Positions 25,940 through 39,437 of a stretch of 64,000 nucleotides of DNA are shown piece by piece (the stretch's first letter is position 1; each line of letters starts with the position of its first letter). Both the position numbers and the translations under genes were made by a program. This DNA comes from Moniliella sp. 'wahieum' (Eukaryota): positions 868,001 through 932,000 of the forward strand of contig RSEE01000005.1 of the NCBI GenBank assembly GCA_003971905.1, written 5' to 3'. The notes under the pieces are model-generated. The model was not told where the DNA came from. It did no database searches and saw only the letters and a list, made by a program, of their open reading frames with translations.

Positions 25940-27295
25940 ATGCCCAGCATGGCCGCCGTCGAGCGAGGCACAGGCCCAGGCCCAGGCGCGCCTCCGCCCT
26001 CCACGGCGCTGCAGGAGCTGGACGCGGCGTACCCAGACAAGTGCCCGTGTCGCTGATTGCTGGCCATGCGTATGTGTGGCGCGTCAAGGACGCCTCCCGC
26101 CTCCGCGTCGACCACCACATCTGCGGCCTCTTGATTGGCACCCTGCCTCTCATTCCACAGCAGAACGTATTCCTCGGCCTCCCTCTGCAGCTCATCCCGG
26201 AGGAAGTGGTGTACCTGTTGCGCTCCAGTATGTGCCTTGCTCCCGTCCCCTGCGCCAGCCCAGCCCATTCTGACCTGCCCCTGTCCCCGTAGACGCGATT
26301 GTGCTGATTGACGATGCGGCGTCGTTTGACCCGCCCTCGCGCTCGGCGCTGGACCTGTACATTGCGTCGCTCAACGAGGATGCATCGCGCCAGCAGGCCG
26401 AACAGGCCGCGGCCAGCCAGATGAGCAAAGCGGCTGCTATCCAAAAACTGCTCGGCCAAGGAGGCTCGTCCGCCCCCTCGGGCGCCAGCGCAGAGGAATC
26501 GGCAGCGTTGCAAAAGGCCATGGCCAAACGCAAGGCACGGGAAGAAAAACACCAACGCCAGTTGGCCTTGGCCAGCCAAGCCGCTGATTCCGCCGCCGAG
26601 CCCACCACCGAGCCCACCGCCGAGCCCACCGCCGACGTGGCTGCGACCACACCCACGTCCTCGGCCCCAACCCCGGCCTCTTTCCCGCCACCAGCCAGCC
26701 AAGTTGCAGCCAAAGAACGCCGAGACGAGCCCGTGAGCCTTGGGCGCGACGAGTGGGGACAATTGGCCCTCCCCCCGGCGTACCAGTACACCACTCCATC
26801 CGCGGCGCTCGAGCCTCCTTTGCCGATGGAATGGTACCACCCTCTGTCGCCCGCCACCCCCGAGGGAGGGGCGAAAGAGGTGCGTGTGCACACGACCTTG
26901 TCGAGCGCCAAGCGAGCGGGTGTATGGACGTTCCCCAGTACTCCGATGGAGCGAGCGCGTTGTGCGGTGTTTGAGTCGCTGCACGAGTTGGGGTACTACA
27001 TGGGCGTGGGGCTTCGGTTTGGGGGGGACTTTGTCGTCTACCCTGGTGACCCACTTCGGTACCACTCCCATTTCACTGCGACCGTCAAGCCTGCGCCTAC
27101 TTCCTCCCTCAGCGCGATGGAGTTGATTGCGAATGGCCGTCTGGGCACAGCGGTCAAAAGGCGCATCTGATTGCCGCTTGCGATGGCATCCGTCCCGACC
27201 AGGAACAGGTTCCGTCCGAGCGGGAAGACTCGATTGACCATCGCTTTGGCTCGGTCGAGTACTTTTCCCTTACCTGGGCTGGGTTTGGCACTTAA
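25940..27295 (+). CDS. SEN34: tRNA-splicing endonuclease catalytic subunit Sen34, intron ~26228-26292
   Basis: HHICGLLIGTLPLIPQQNVFLGLPLQLIPEE, GLRFGGDFVVYPGDPLRYHSHF, GRLGTAVK and C-terminal YFSLTWAGFGT. Confidence 0.93.
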
Positions 27296-27852
27296 TCTCG
27301 CTCGCTGCCCGTTCTCGCCCCACAAGTGGCCACCTATAGCACCCGCATCCCATTCTAAGAGATTGATTGGAAAATTTTCCATTAGACTACCCACATGTTG
27401 GTGACAGCCATCAGTACATCAGTAACCTGTGCCTCATAGCAACAGTGGGACCGAGGGTGCGGATTGCTCCCACGAAACAGAAGTAGTCCCAGTGAGAGAT
27501 GGAACAAGTCACGATAATGGAAGCTCAGGCAGCAGATCTCACCGGTCCCCTCGCCTGGTACACCGTAGCAACCCGAGGACAAGTCTCCAAAGCGAGAAAC
27601 GCGACAGCGAGCGACCAAGCAACCTCATTTTTATCCCTTGTTGAGATGATATCCGAAAAGAGCAGCGATCGCAAAACGATCACCTCCTGCCTCGACCCCT
27701 GCAACGTCCCAGTCCACCGCCAACGCACCTCACAAGCGTGGCTCGCAGCGCACCCCCGCTGCTGGACACACTGCGGACCAAACTCACCCTCGGATGCGCC
27801 ATTGGGGTATTGGGTTGGGGAGGCGGGGGTGGAAGCTGGAAGAGCCTTCGTT

Positions 27853-27899
27853 CTGTCCTGTCCTGTCCGGTCCTGTCCTGTCCTGTCCTGTCCTGTCCT
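27853..27899. repeat. (TGTCC)n microsatellite
   Basis: About 9 units with one variant. Confidence 0.9.
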
Positions 27900-28261
27900 A
27901 TCTCCACTGGCGTGCCAGAGTGTACCGCTGTCAGGCGCCGCCCTGCGCCGCCCGTCCAAGGCCCAAGCGTCCTGTCCCGCCCCGGCTCGTTCCGCCTGGT
28001 CCTACGCCCACAACCATGTGGACTGGGAAATTGGAGCACGCCGATCGGACCTTGGCGGGCTGCCTTGGCGGCGACCAGCCTGGCTATGGCGGGCCCGCGG
28101 CCACCCAGGCGCCGAGAACTGCTTTGGCTGCACCGGCACCACGGCCAGCCAAGGCCGACGGACCTAGGGGATGCACGGGGCGCAGCTACGCGCATCAATC
28201 ATCAATCTTCAAACATGCATCATCTATCAGCAAGGCCGCCGCAACGCAGCCCAGACAGAGA

Positions 28262-31200
28262 TCAACAGCAAACGAGCGTGACAGCAGAGGGTATCCAGGC
28301 AGGCGGGGACAAGGGGGAGGGGGAATAAAGAAGGGGTGCGCCAGCGCTTCGGCTAGCACACGGACCGGCGCGGGAAGATAAATGCGTCCAACTCCTTTTG
28401 CGCAGCAGTACGGCGGCGGGTGGTGTAGGTGCCCCCCCGCTGGACGGGAGCAACAGGCAGCGGGGCAGGCGGGAGGGAAGCAAGCGGGGGTTCGGCCTGC
28501 GCGACGCGCGGGGCAGAGGGAGAAGCAGGTGGTACGGTGGAGGGAGAACTTGGGCCGGACAGGCCGTGGGGGAGGGAGGTGACGAGCGCAACAGTCCCGT
28601 GGCCGGATCCGGCGCCGTCTCAACAGGCTCCTCAGTTGGCTTCTTGTCTTGGGGCACTGCATCCCCACGCTCTTCCACCCATTCGTCGCTTTCCTCTGGG
28701 GTCGGGTGGTAGGAGGTGCGGTTGATAGTGCCCGTCCGAGGCTTGGACCGCACAGATCGGTTGGACCGAGCCGAGGAGCGCCGAACCAGGAAGGTGGACG
28801 AGCCCTTTCCCGCCGCACTGGGCACCCTCCGAACGGAGCGGCTGGAGGAACGGGAAAGCGGGCGGGGACCAGCAGATTTGGCGGGGGAGGTGGGGGCTAC
28901 GGTAGCGGGTGACGTGGGCAAGGGAAGATGGTCTCGCACGGGACTGGTTCGGAAGCTGGGGTGGAGCGACTTGCGCTTGCTCCACAGTTTAGCCAACCCC
29001 TGGGCGTGCCTTTGCCCTTTCCCTTGGGCTGGGGCTGAGGTGCAGTCGCCTGGCTCGGCGGCGGATCGACGACGGTGGCCTGGGCCTTGATCGAGCTGGG
29101 AGGGGAGGAACCGGAGGGACCTGCGATTTACGCCGCTTTTCCTGCTTTTCCTGCTTGGCATCGTGCACTCGGACCATACGGTCCAGCTTGTGCAGCTCCT
29201 TGAGCATAGCCGCCTCGGCCTTGCGCTTGGCCTTTTCCGCTTTGGCTGCCTGCTTGGACGCTTGCCAAGCCGCACGGCGGTCCGCTAAACTGCGCCGCCG
29301 AACGCGTGGCTTGGACTGAGGATCGTCACTGTTCCCATCTTGGTTGCAGTCAGGCGGGGCTGGGGCCGGGTCCGAAGCAACTCCCGCCACCGGACGCGAC
29401 GAGGTCAAAGGGACAGCGGCCTGCTCGATGCCATTCCCGCCACGCTCTCTTCGTTACTAGGGACAGGACAGGCAGCGTCCCCGTCCGACACGCCTGAGGC
29501 CGTCGTGACCGAGCTGGACTGAGACGCGACGAGGAGGAAGTATGGGTTGTCCCCGACCCCGATCCCGATCCCGACTCACATCGAGAGGGATAAGGGTCGC
29601 GAGGTGTACAGTCTGCCGACGGGGGGGGCGGTGGTTGGTCCAGCACCGCGTCGGAGCCGGTTTGGGACGCTGGCGTGGCCACCGCCCAAGGGTAGGCGGT
29701 CACCAAGTCAGGGGAGAGGGGGTGGAGGTACGCGTCGCCTTGGCTGTCCCTTTTGTTCCACCGACGGGGTCAGGTTGGGCCGAGTCGTCGCCGTCGATGG
29801 ACGCAAGGACAGGACGAGCTGGATCGTAGGCAGAGGTAGGTGTCTCCCCGTCTGCCTCATCCTTTGGGTCGGGGGACAGAGAGAAAGGTAGGGTGAGTGG
29901 CGGTGCCAAGGGTTTCCCAACTGGGTCGATGACAGGCACTGGCTCAACTTCGACCGCCGCGGGCGTGAGCACCGTGCTCGACCGCTCTTTCTTTTTGCGC
30001 AGACCCAGCCCAAAGAGTGAAAACGTTGCTCGGCGCCGTTTCTTCTCCATGGGCAGCTCGGAAAGAGGGTGGGTCGGCGATGGGGATGGGGGGAGCACGG
30101 TCGGGGCTGAGTCCGGCTGTTGCAATGGGCCGGACGGAAGTCCGACAGAAGGAGGTGGGTTGGCCTGCGCGTTGGTCGAAGCAGGGACAACGGCAGTGGG
30201 AGTGCGGATACGATCGGTCGAGGGGGAGGCCAAGGCGGGGATAAGTCAAGGGCGGGGAGCTGGACCTGGGATCGGGTGCGGGATCAGAGGAGCGTAGAGA
30301 AGAGGAAGTGAAAGAGGGAAGGAACGAGTCCTCTCCCATCCCTTCCCCCATCTCGCCACGCATGTCCTGCCCTGGTTCGGTGACCAGCGCAAGCGATGTC
30401 GCTAGCTCCAAGGGGGGAGAAGCAGGGTGCATGGTGGGTGAGCCTTGCGGAGTAGCCCATATCTCAGTTTGAGAGCTAAACGAGTCCCGTACTGTGGTAG
30501 GGGGCTGGGATGCGAACGAATGTGGGTGGGGGGGCGAAGGTGGAAGGGAAGGAGTGGAGGCGAGGGCGGTTTGTGGAGGACCCACCAAAGGGGCCACCCC
30601 ATTTTCCTTAGGGTGGTTGGCCGGAAGGACTGCGCGCTCGAGGTGGTGCTCGTTTGAGGTAGCCACATCAGACGGCTGGTTGCCCAGATCGGCGGTCGAA
30701 GATGCGCAGGCAACAGCTGCCGAGGCAGTCGATTCCACAGACTGCTTGAACATCATGGACCGGCGTTTGGAGGGCTCAACAGTAAGCTCGGCCGTCGTAC
30801 CTCCGTCGGCCAAGTCGGTGATAACCACGTCGGGAATGGAGAAGTGGTCGCGGCGCTTGTGGGAGCGCAGGACTACTTCTGCCGCCTCGACCTGAGCCGC
30901 GTGGAGAAGGATCGACGCTTCGGCGGCCATTTCACACGGCAAACTAAGCTGCTGCACGCCGGCCACGACAGGGGCGCCCAAGATCCATTGGTCGGGCGCT
31001 TGCATCCCCTCGGGCAGAGGCCATCCAGCCAGCCGTGCATCGGCCAGCAGGGCGGCCCCGTGCTCAGGAGGGTAGGGGATGGGACCTACTGCGCCCTCGG
31101 CTTGTGGCGGCACGTACGGCCACGGCTCGTCGACCGAGTAGGTGTCGTCGTATCCATAGTCGTCTTCGTCGGCCTCTTGCTCGTCTGGGCTGTCGAACTG

Positions 31201-31422
31201 GGCATCGTCGACGGACTCGTCAGGGAGGACGGAGTAGGTGGGGTAAGCGGCGGAGGATGCGTCGGGCACGTGCGGCAGGTCGGACAGGGCAGGCTCGTCC
31301 TGTTCCGGGCCCTGGCGATTGGAAAGACTGTCATGGTTGGAGGGAGCTACGGTGGCGGGGGGCGGCTGGGCGACGGGGATGGGGGCGGGGACGACAGGGC
31401 GGGCAGTGGAGACGGCCGCCAT
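28262..31422 (-). CDS. Large low-complexity Pro/Ser-rich hypothetical protein
   Basis: Overlapping long minus-strand ORFs, from MAAVSTARPVV through KKRRRATFSLFGLG and AMLKELHKLDRMVRVHD. No recognisable domain. 3' end uncertain. Confidence 0.6.
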
Positions 31423-33290
31423 GGCGAAGCAGGCGGGGGGCGAAACGAAGGTGGGGGAGGGAGGCGGGGAGAGGGATGGTGGATGGTGGAGGTGCTGTGT
31501 GGTGTGGCTGCTGAAAACAAAACACGGCATTTGGGCCTCTGGCGCTGCAGCAGCGCAGCGAGGGAGCAGTCTGGTCTCGCGTCCCCTGTGCTCGCCGCAC
31601 CGCCACGCTGTCCTCGTGCCAGGCGGCGGGCCAGCCACCAGTGCCGGCGCCCGGGGGCAGTGGCACGATCGACACGTGCCACTGCGCCTGCGCTGCAGCT
31701 GCACGGGGTGGCGCCCAGGGCCCTCGAGCGCCACGCCGCACGCTGCTCCCCCGCGCACCACACCAGTCGCGCGCCCTGTTGGGTGAAACCCTAGTGTGGC
31801 CCGCATGCACCGCCGCGGTGGACACTCGTCCACCGCCGACCGATCACCGCGGCCGACGGCCTCGTGTGGCCGAGCGGCAGCTTGCAGCCCGCGGCAGCCC
31901 CGGGGCAGCACCAGGCAGCACTCACCGTGCTCGCATATTGAGTACGAATGCGATGCCATGCAACACACGGGAGAAGCGGCGAGAGCACGCCGGGATTCCA
32001 ACATACATATTCTTTCGCAAGCACAAGTCCATGGATCCCGCCTAGAGGCCGCATATTCCTCCTCCGCCAACCGTATACGTCGCAGCAGCCATCCTCAAAC
32101 TCGACCACCTTCCTTCTCAGCCCCCACTTGTTGGTCAATTCAGCGCGCGCCATCTGCCCATGAATTGTCGGCCACGACAAAATCTTGAAGGGATCCTGGC
32201 GCAATATGGGAGAGATGTTTCCACCTCATTGTTTTCGGCCCGAAAATCGGCTTGTCCAAGCCCTTGACACTCTCGTCGCAATTTACACCTCTCCGATTGC
32301 TGCCGTATCGTCATTTTTCGCCGACAGCTCTTCCACCACTTTGGTAGAACTCATTCAGGTCCTCCCCAGTTGGGTACAGCCACAGTATGTATACCCCAAC
32401 GGTGTCATATGCATCATGTCCGGGGATTGGTCGGTCATTGTGGTGAAAGGGGTAAACTGGGCTGTATCACCCAAATTTGCCAGGTTTCCGGTGCTTCCAC
32501 AGTGACCTTGCCACAGCACCGGCTTGCTCCAACAGACCGCGTGGGGGACGCGAATGGCCCCGCGTCAAGGGGCAGGAGACCTGCATCGAGACGTGGCTGG
32601 GTGTGTAGGCGTGTGTCAACAGCATATCGATACTTATAATAACACTGCGCATCTTGAGAGACAACCTTTTCTTGACACTGTCTAGCAGTGAAAAAGGCTC
32701 TGTGGGAGGAAAGAGTATAAGTCTCGTGCGAATTGATCACGATGAACGACCGTGCCTCGGTATATGCTTACAGAGGAACCAAGTTGCCCGGGGAACGCTT
32801 GACCTTGAACCATTTGAGGTGGAATGCCAACGGGTCACGTCGTTTAGATTCAATCTTCTAGAGCTGTGCGAAACAATGGAGGTGGAGGGGGGGGGGGGGT
32901 GAAACTGTCGAGGTTGGGTATCTGGCCAATCTCCCATATCAACTTAATCGTCGACGTGACAATCTCACCCCCCCGACTACTCTACGTTGACATCAACTTT
33001 TTTTACACTGATCGGGCATTCCTTCTTGGGACTTTCGCCGTGACGAGAGGGAGAGAGAAGGAATAAATGCAACTACGGGACCGCGTGGCAGGCGAAGAAG
33101 GGTATTGCAGAAATGGTACAACGAGATGCTCCTAGCAGGGAGAGCATGCAGTGCTAACAATGAATGGGAACGCGCCCAGGGAGGACGGGCCATGAAGAGC
33201 AAGTAGACACTTAGTTACCGTTAACAGCATGGCAGCGGATGCTGGGGTGAACGGCCAGGTGACCGGTGCGGCCGGGGAAGGAAGAGGAGC

Positions 33291-34057
33291 CTAGGCACCG
33301 CACTCACTTCCTCCTCCGGTAGGGACAGTGGGAACCCATCGTCGTCCACTTCCGGTCGCCTTGGCATGCGAAAGGGGGATCAATGTCCATCTGGTCCTCG
33401 TGGGAGTGAGCGTGGGCATGGTGGGAATCTTCATCGCTGTCGTCCCCCTCCGAATCGTCTGAACCGTCGTCTTCCCTCTGAACAGAGACGAACGACTTGC
33501 TTCCCTTGACTTGGTCGCGCACGCGCTTGAGCGCCTCGACGGTCTCCTGCGCTTGTTGAAGCGGCAGCGCACCAGCCACAGGCGGCAAGAACATTGTTTC
33601 CACAACGCAATCATCCGCCGTGCCACGTTCAACGTCGACTCGTCCTCCACTGACGCCATACCGCGGCAAGGTATCCATCGAGGATGTCCCACACCTCATC
33701 TTCGTCCGGTGCCTGAACGTTCGACTGCACGTCGCCGGCGTGCGCTCCCGCCGCCTCGGCGACGGCGGAAAAGTCATCAAAGTAGTCCACCACTGCATTC
33801 AGCAAATAATCCGCCTTGTCTTGGCTCTCGGGACCCCCCCACTCTTCTTTTACGGCAGCTTGGAGGACTGCCCAGGTGTCAAAGGTGTAGATCACGCCGC
33901 GGGCAAAGAGGGTGCGGGCCTCGGAGGGTTCAGCCTCCACACAGCGGCCGGAGGCGCGGGAGGCGCGGAAGTGGGGTGCTGGTGGTGCTGGCGGGGAGAG
34001 GAACAGGGGCGGGCGTGGATTGGCAGCATTGCGCGCAGCAAGAGCGGCGAACGACAT
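33291..34057 (-). CDS. TSR2: Pre-rRNA-processing protein Tsr2
   Basis: FARGV...WAVLQAAVKEEWGGPESQDKADYL (WGG motif) and an acidic C-terminal tail. Confidence 0.85.
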
Positions 34058-35177
34058 GCCGACTGGTACGATACGGGAACTTGGTCCGGGGCCAGGCAAG
34101 AGAAGCGGTGGTGGAGAGGTTGGGTAGGGCCTCTTTTGCTGGGGAGCCTTGGATGTGGATTTGCAGAAAATTATTGGCTGAAGTCGGCGGGGGGACGCTG
34201 AACAGGAGGGCCATTGCACCGATGCAATTGCAATCTTGCAACTACACCCCAGCGGAACGGGTCAGGGGATTTTGGCCCCCGCCCATGCACGTGACTGGCT
34301 GCCTAGAGGCGTTTCCAGCATTGAATATTGATGGGGGGGGCGGCCAGTCCCCACCCGTTGGTCCATCTCCCCTCTGTTCCGCGAACCATTCAGCCTCTGT
34401 CCAATCCAGCCTCTGTCTCCACGGCACTCGCCTTCCCCCAACTTCATCGCCACCACTTCCGTCTCTGCCTTCCACAGACTTCCCCAGGCGAGGTCTATGA
34501 ATCCTCTGCCCCACCAATGGGAATCTCCGATAAACCCGTCTCTTCTCAGCGTCAAATGTCTCCGCAAACGTACTGAAGAAAACCACCCGCAGTGGACACT
34601 TCCCCCGCAATGTTTGTCTCAAGGGCGGTATGCCAGTCATTCTCATTCGGTGCCGTGCCAGTAGCTTGGTCACCGGCACGGATCTCAACAGCATCGACAA
34701 CCTCGGACGCTCTGACACATTTTTCACCCCACAGGGTGTTCACAGGGAATACCAAGAGCCCCTTGGGTGCATCTCCTATATTCCCTTAAACACAGGGCGA
34801 AGGAACCTCAACGAACGGTTCTGCCTCCCCCGGTGCGGGCAATACAGAAGGGCAGTGCCCGATCGTTCCCGCGCGTTTGGAATAAGCGCCGTTGACCTAC
34901 GTCACAAGGAAAAAACTTAAACGAACCAGTGTTCAGCCTCCGTTCCATCCTCCAACTACCCGTGTCCTGCTCATCTGTGCTCTCCCCCGCGTCTCCTGTC
35001 ACTTCTATTGTGCTTGCGGACTTTGCGGGGAAAAGTGGTTGATCATGATGTCATTAACGAGGTGAACAGCGCTTGCGAGCAACACGAACATGACATCTCC
35101 GCGTCTAGTGCTGGAATGTGTCTCGACGTTTTGGTGGTGTGAGAAGGCACAGCCCGGGGGAAATAGTGGAAAAGAAG

Positions 35178-35249
35178 AGACTCGAATGGGATTCGAACCC
35201 ATGTCATCGCCTATTGGCCAGGGATGCGTTACCACTACGCTATCGAGCC
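35178..35249 (-). tRNA. 72-nt tRNA gene with an atypical anticodon loop (GG CCA AT), isotype unresolved
   Basis: GGCTCGA TA GCGTAGTGGTAACGC A TCCCT GGCCAAT AGGCG ATGAC ATGGG TTCGAAT CCCAT TCGAGTC T. Intact acceptor, D and T arms and a downstream TTTT. Confidence 0.75.
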
Positions 35250-36562
35250 GGGAAGAGAAGACAGCTGCAGGATCACAGTTAACAGGTGGACCTATGGAGG
35301 CATTGTGAGGACGCTGTAGAACCGGCCTTGCACCACCTGACAGAGGTTTGAGTCAGCTCCAAACCTCACGAGTCACGACAGCTACTTGCCGACCACTTCC
35401 CCCCTCAGGCCTCGCCTCACAGACTCACCAACATCCTCAACGCATCTCACATGTCAACTTTGAATCTCAACGTCCAACTTGAACTCTCAGCCCGACTGTC
35501 AGCTCTGAGCTCTCAGCAGTGCCTACGGTGGGAATTGCCAATATTGAGACTTGAGGCTATACTCAGTACTCGCATGGTACTGAGTCGCACCGCCCTTCCA
35601 GCTATTACTCTGTCTGCTCTGTCGTCGTGATACCCCTCCGTTATTATTCCAGTCTAGATCGAAATCCCTTACCATTGCTAACAATTTGCTACAAAGGTAG
35701 AATGCCATTCCACGCCAATAATCCGCATCCAAAAGCACTCTTTATCGCAAGGCCAGTCAAGCTTCAAGGCAAAGGTAACGTAAAGGCCACGTGCTTGACA
35801 TGCATGACCAGTAACATGTTACACTCTCCTATATGCTACGCCCCGTCGGCCCCGCGTCTCTCCGCGCGCCACCGGTGCATAGTTGATTCTCCGCTGGGTG
35901 CCACCGCTGGAGAGCGCCGCTTCGGACATTTCGGGCATATTAGGACGGTTGTTGAAATGTAAAATCGAGATGGTACAATTGGAGTATTCGAATTTGACTG
36001 GGCAAGAGTAGATGGATGGCTGACGCAGTGATGCGCTGATTCGATGACGGCAGGTGAGGTGGGGCGAAACGATGCCAAGGTTTCCAGGATGCACACGTGG
36101 AACAATGATTGACGAAGCCTTAAAGCTTAAAGCTTCAAAAGCGGAGGATCTCAAACTCTCGCGCTCCATAGCTTCAGGCTGCACTCCGCTTAGGCGAGAG
36201 GCTGAGCCTCAACCGGCCCCCAGTCCCTCCCATCCAGCCCGTTTCCATTGCCCCTTGTCACAAAACCTGCCTTGCTCAGTCTCCCGCTGGCACCGTTTCG
36301 GACATTTTCGACCATTTCGCGGTTGAACGTTGGTTGAACGTTCACGTTATACGTTTGAATATGGACGCGGAAGCTTTAAGCTTGCAGCGGTTTCAGAACG
36401 TATTAAAAGACAGCGGATCCCACGATTACAAACACCTATTGTGCCAACTCGCGCCACCCCCGCCTTTGTCCATGCGTTTCCTCCTTCTACCACCACCACT
36501 CCCCACCTCATTCGCCCCTCCCCTGTTCCCTCAGCAGCACATCCAACCACCAACGCCGCCCC

Positions 36563-37530
36563 ATGACTGCCACCGAGATGAAGTTGATGCCGTCCTCTTT
36601 GACATGACGGCACCCTGATCGACAGCAGCCCGCTGTGAACCAGTACGTTGTCCTGTGCCTTCCTCCATCCACTGGGATGAGAGTGTGGGCGTGAATGGAT
36701 ATCGATGAGGAACGCGCAGTACCATGGATACTAATGTGTGCTCTGTTCCTTGTTAGGACGTGGGCCGAGTGGATCAAGCGGTACAACCTCGACTTTGAAC
36801 GTGATGAGTCGTTGCCATGGCTGCCGTACAGTGGAGAACCTCAAGAACCTCGTCGGTCTTCCCGACGACCAGATCGAAGCCGGCGCGCGGGAATTCGAAG
36901 GGCGCATCAGCCAGCTGGCGTTGGAAGCAGCCGAGACCAACGGGGCCAGATCGTTGCTCTGGCCCGGAGTGGCCCGGCTGCTTTCGCCAGCTCAACCAAG
37001 GCCGCGACCAACCGGGCCGCCGGGTTGGCTGGGCGATTGTCACCTCTGCCACCAAGGCCTATGCCTTTGTCGGCTTCAAGGCCTCCCGCGCTACCGACCC
37101 GGCCACGCCACCAGGCGCCTTTGTCACGGCCGATGTGGTGAGCAAGGGCAAGCCGGATCCGGAACCGTACTCACCGGGGCCAAGCTGCTCACACCCCCAG
37201 CCGACCAAGCGCTGCTTGGTAGTGGAAGATGCGCGCCAGGCATCCGCGCGGGTGTCGCGGCGGGCGCCAAGACACTGGGCCTGACCACCCACCCACGCAG
37301 AAGCTGATGTGGGAAGCTGGTGCCATTGGGTCGTGCCCGACTTGTCCGGCGTGACGGCGCGTTGGAAGGCGAAGGCGCAGATGCGCGCCTCTTTATCCGC
37401 ATTGAGGGCTCTGCTGAGCCCAGGCTTGATTCTCCGTGGATTGGTCCCGAGAAGACCACTAAAACTCAATTGGTTGCCCAGTCAAAGAATCCATCACGTC
37501 GTCTTTCGTCTACCAATGCTATTTTGACTT
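36563..37530 (+). CDS. HAD-superfamily sugar/glycerol phosphatase (GPP/DOG-like), one intron, 3' end approximate
   Basis: DAVLFDM(D)GTLIDS, HGCRTVENL, WAIVTSAT, FVTADVVSKGKPDPEPY, CLVVEDA and GIRAGVAAGAKTLG. Confidence 0.88.
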
Positions 37531-37863
37531 GCGTTCTACGGTGCCGTCTTTCATCGCGGACAAGCGTGATACCATTTGGATCAGGCAGCATGATACTTAT
37601 TGCATCGCAAAGAGATCTACACAGTGGTCCTCTGCGTCCTTGGCGTAGGCCTTGAACTGGTTCAGCAATGATGCGAAGCGGGGTGAGTCTCATGCCGGGT
37701 GGGGGGAACAGCCAGATTGATGTCAGTGGTACAAAGGAAAGTATGTCGGTTTCCAGTCCGGATTTGCAGGCAGTTGGCACCCACGACCGGATGGCATTGG
37801 GAGAAGGAGGCTAGGCCTCGGGCGAGGACTTGGAAGCAGTTTCAGCAAAAAAGCAGAAAAAAT

Positions 37864-37963
37864 GGGGTCCGCCCGGGATCGAACCGAGGACCACCTCTAC
37901 GAGCTAACAATAAACAACGATTGAAGACCCTAAAGAGGCATGATACCACTACACCACGAACCC
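37864..37963 (-). tRNA. tRNA-Pro(AGG) with 28-nt intron (37900-37927)
   Basis: GGGTTCG TG GTGTAGTGGTATCAT G CCTCT TT AGG G [intron] T AGAGG TGGTC CTCGG TTCGATC CCGGG CGGACCC C, followed by a T-run terminator. Confidence 0.93.
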
Positions 37964-38135
37964 ACATTGAAGATGTCAATCCATCCATGTGGATCCCTCG
38001 TTGCGACGAAATTATAGTTGAACCAAACCGTCGGCAGCACTTCTACAGCATTGAATTCAACCACCCATCTTCAAACTCTCTCTAGGGAGTTCAATCTAGT
38101 GCTAGAGTGGGACTTGGGAGCACGCGCGATCCTAT

Positions 38136-38354
38136 GGATCAGCTGCAAAGCAGCCTTCAGACAAGGCGTGAAGGCAAAGTGGTGAGCCACAAGTCTTCAA
38201 GCAACGTCTGAAGGGAAGGAGAAAGAAGAGAGAGAAGGGAGATGGAGCGAGCAGGGCGTGCGCGGCCTGCGAGCGGAACGCTTCCGCTCGGCTAGGCGAG
38301 CGTCACCGATCCATTGAGGGCCGCGCAGGAGAACCCTAGCAGTACCCTCTAACA
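38136..38354. repeat. Fragment of the same LTR-like repeat, spanning the empty site of the 1546-3958 insertion
   Basis: ...AAGTCTTCAAGCAACGTCTGAAGGGAAGG... equals 1482-1545 joined directly to 3964 onward. Confidence 0.85.
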
Positions 38355-39437
38355 TCTAGAGAGTGTTCAATCGTCTTTTCGGCATTTTGGTGCCCTGGCC
38401 CGCTCACGATCATCGATATGTCATTGCCATCAGATAAAGTAAAAAGATGGCATCTGTGGAATGATGATTCCGCGGTACTTGGCCTTTTCTTAGTCCTTCT
38501 ATATCCACCTCCTCGAGCTACTGAGGCAGTTCCTTCTTCTTCTGTGTTCCAGAGGCGTGCACGTTGCCAGTTTTCATGTGCCGCCTTCTGGAGGGTATCG
38601 CTACTTTTCGCTCTGTCCCGGACGTTCACACGTTCACAGGTCTCTGAATTCTCGAGAGATCGTGGTGATAAGAGAGTCGTTTGCCCCCAATAGGTGCAGT
38701 AGGTGCAGTAGGTGCATGGGGCTCATCGCAGGTCTAAAGTGCATGGCCAACTGTGTAGTCGTCCTTGCTCCGTACCATACAAGTATACTAAGAGATTCTA
38801 CTAAGGATGTAAACTTTGGGTAGATAGCTCCCAATGCTTCCTTTGAAAAGGCTTCAGGAAATTTCGCTTCATCGAGCTCCATCTCTCGCTTCATCTCTCG
38901 CCCCATCTCTCGCCCCATCTCTTGCCCCATCTCTGGAAATATCTCCAGCAGTGGAATTAATCAATTCTCCTATCGATCTCATCCCTACTTCCCCCCCCCC
39001 CCACTTGTAGTTTCTGAGCGCCTCCCTCTCCACTGGGGCTTTTTCTTCTCACCGATCATTACTCATTCCCACCCACTCCCTTGCCAATGTGCTTTCCCTC
39101 CTCGTTTTAGATGGGCTGGTAAGTTGATGGGGTGGCAGATGGTGGGGGGGATACCCCTGTAATTTATTCGTCGTGCCTGGGCCATGTGCAATCTGAAGCT
39201 TGAAGCGTGAAGCGTGAAGCGTGAAGCGTGAAAGGTGAAGCTCGCGTGAAGCTTTAAGGTAGCACATGTGTTTGTACGCCTCTGACACGATGCATGACAT
39301 CCTGCATCACCCATCGTGCAGATCGCGAGTGGCTTCCTGGAGGCTATTACCAGGGGGCGTGTTGCGCGGGAATAGGGCGTGGGGTGAAGTTGAAGGGTTG
39401 CATGATAGTGACAGGGGGGTGCACATGTCTGACCGGC

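Noticed and set aside
8147..37963. IRE1, SEN34 and three intron-containing tRNAs as a non-spliceosomal splicing cluster
   Set aside because: They are separated by unrelated genes, and tRNA introns are common in basidiomycetes. Probably coincidence.
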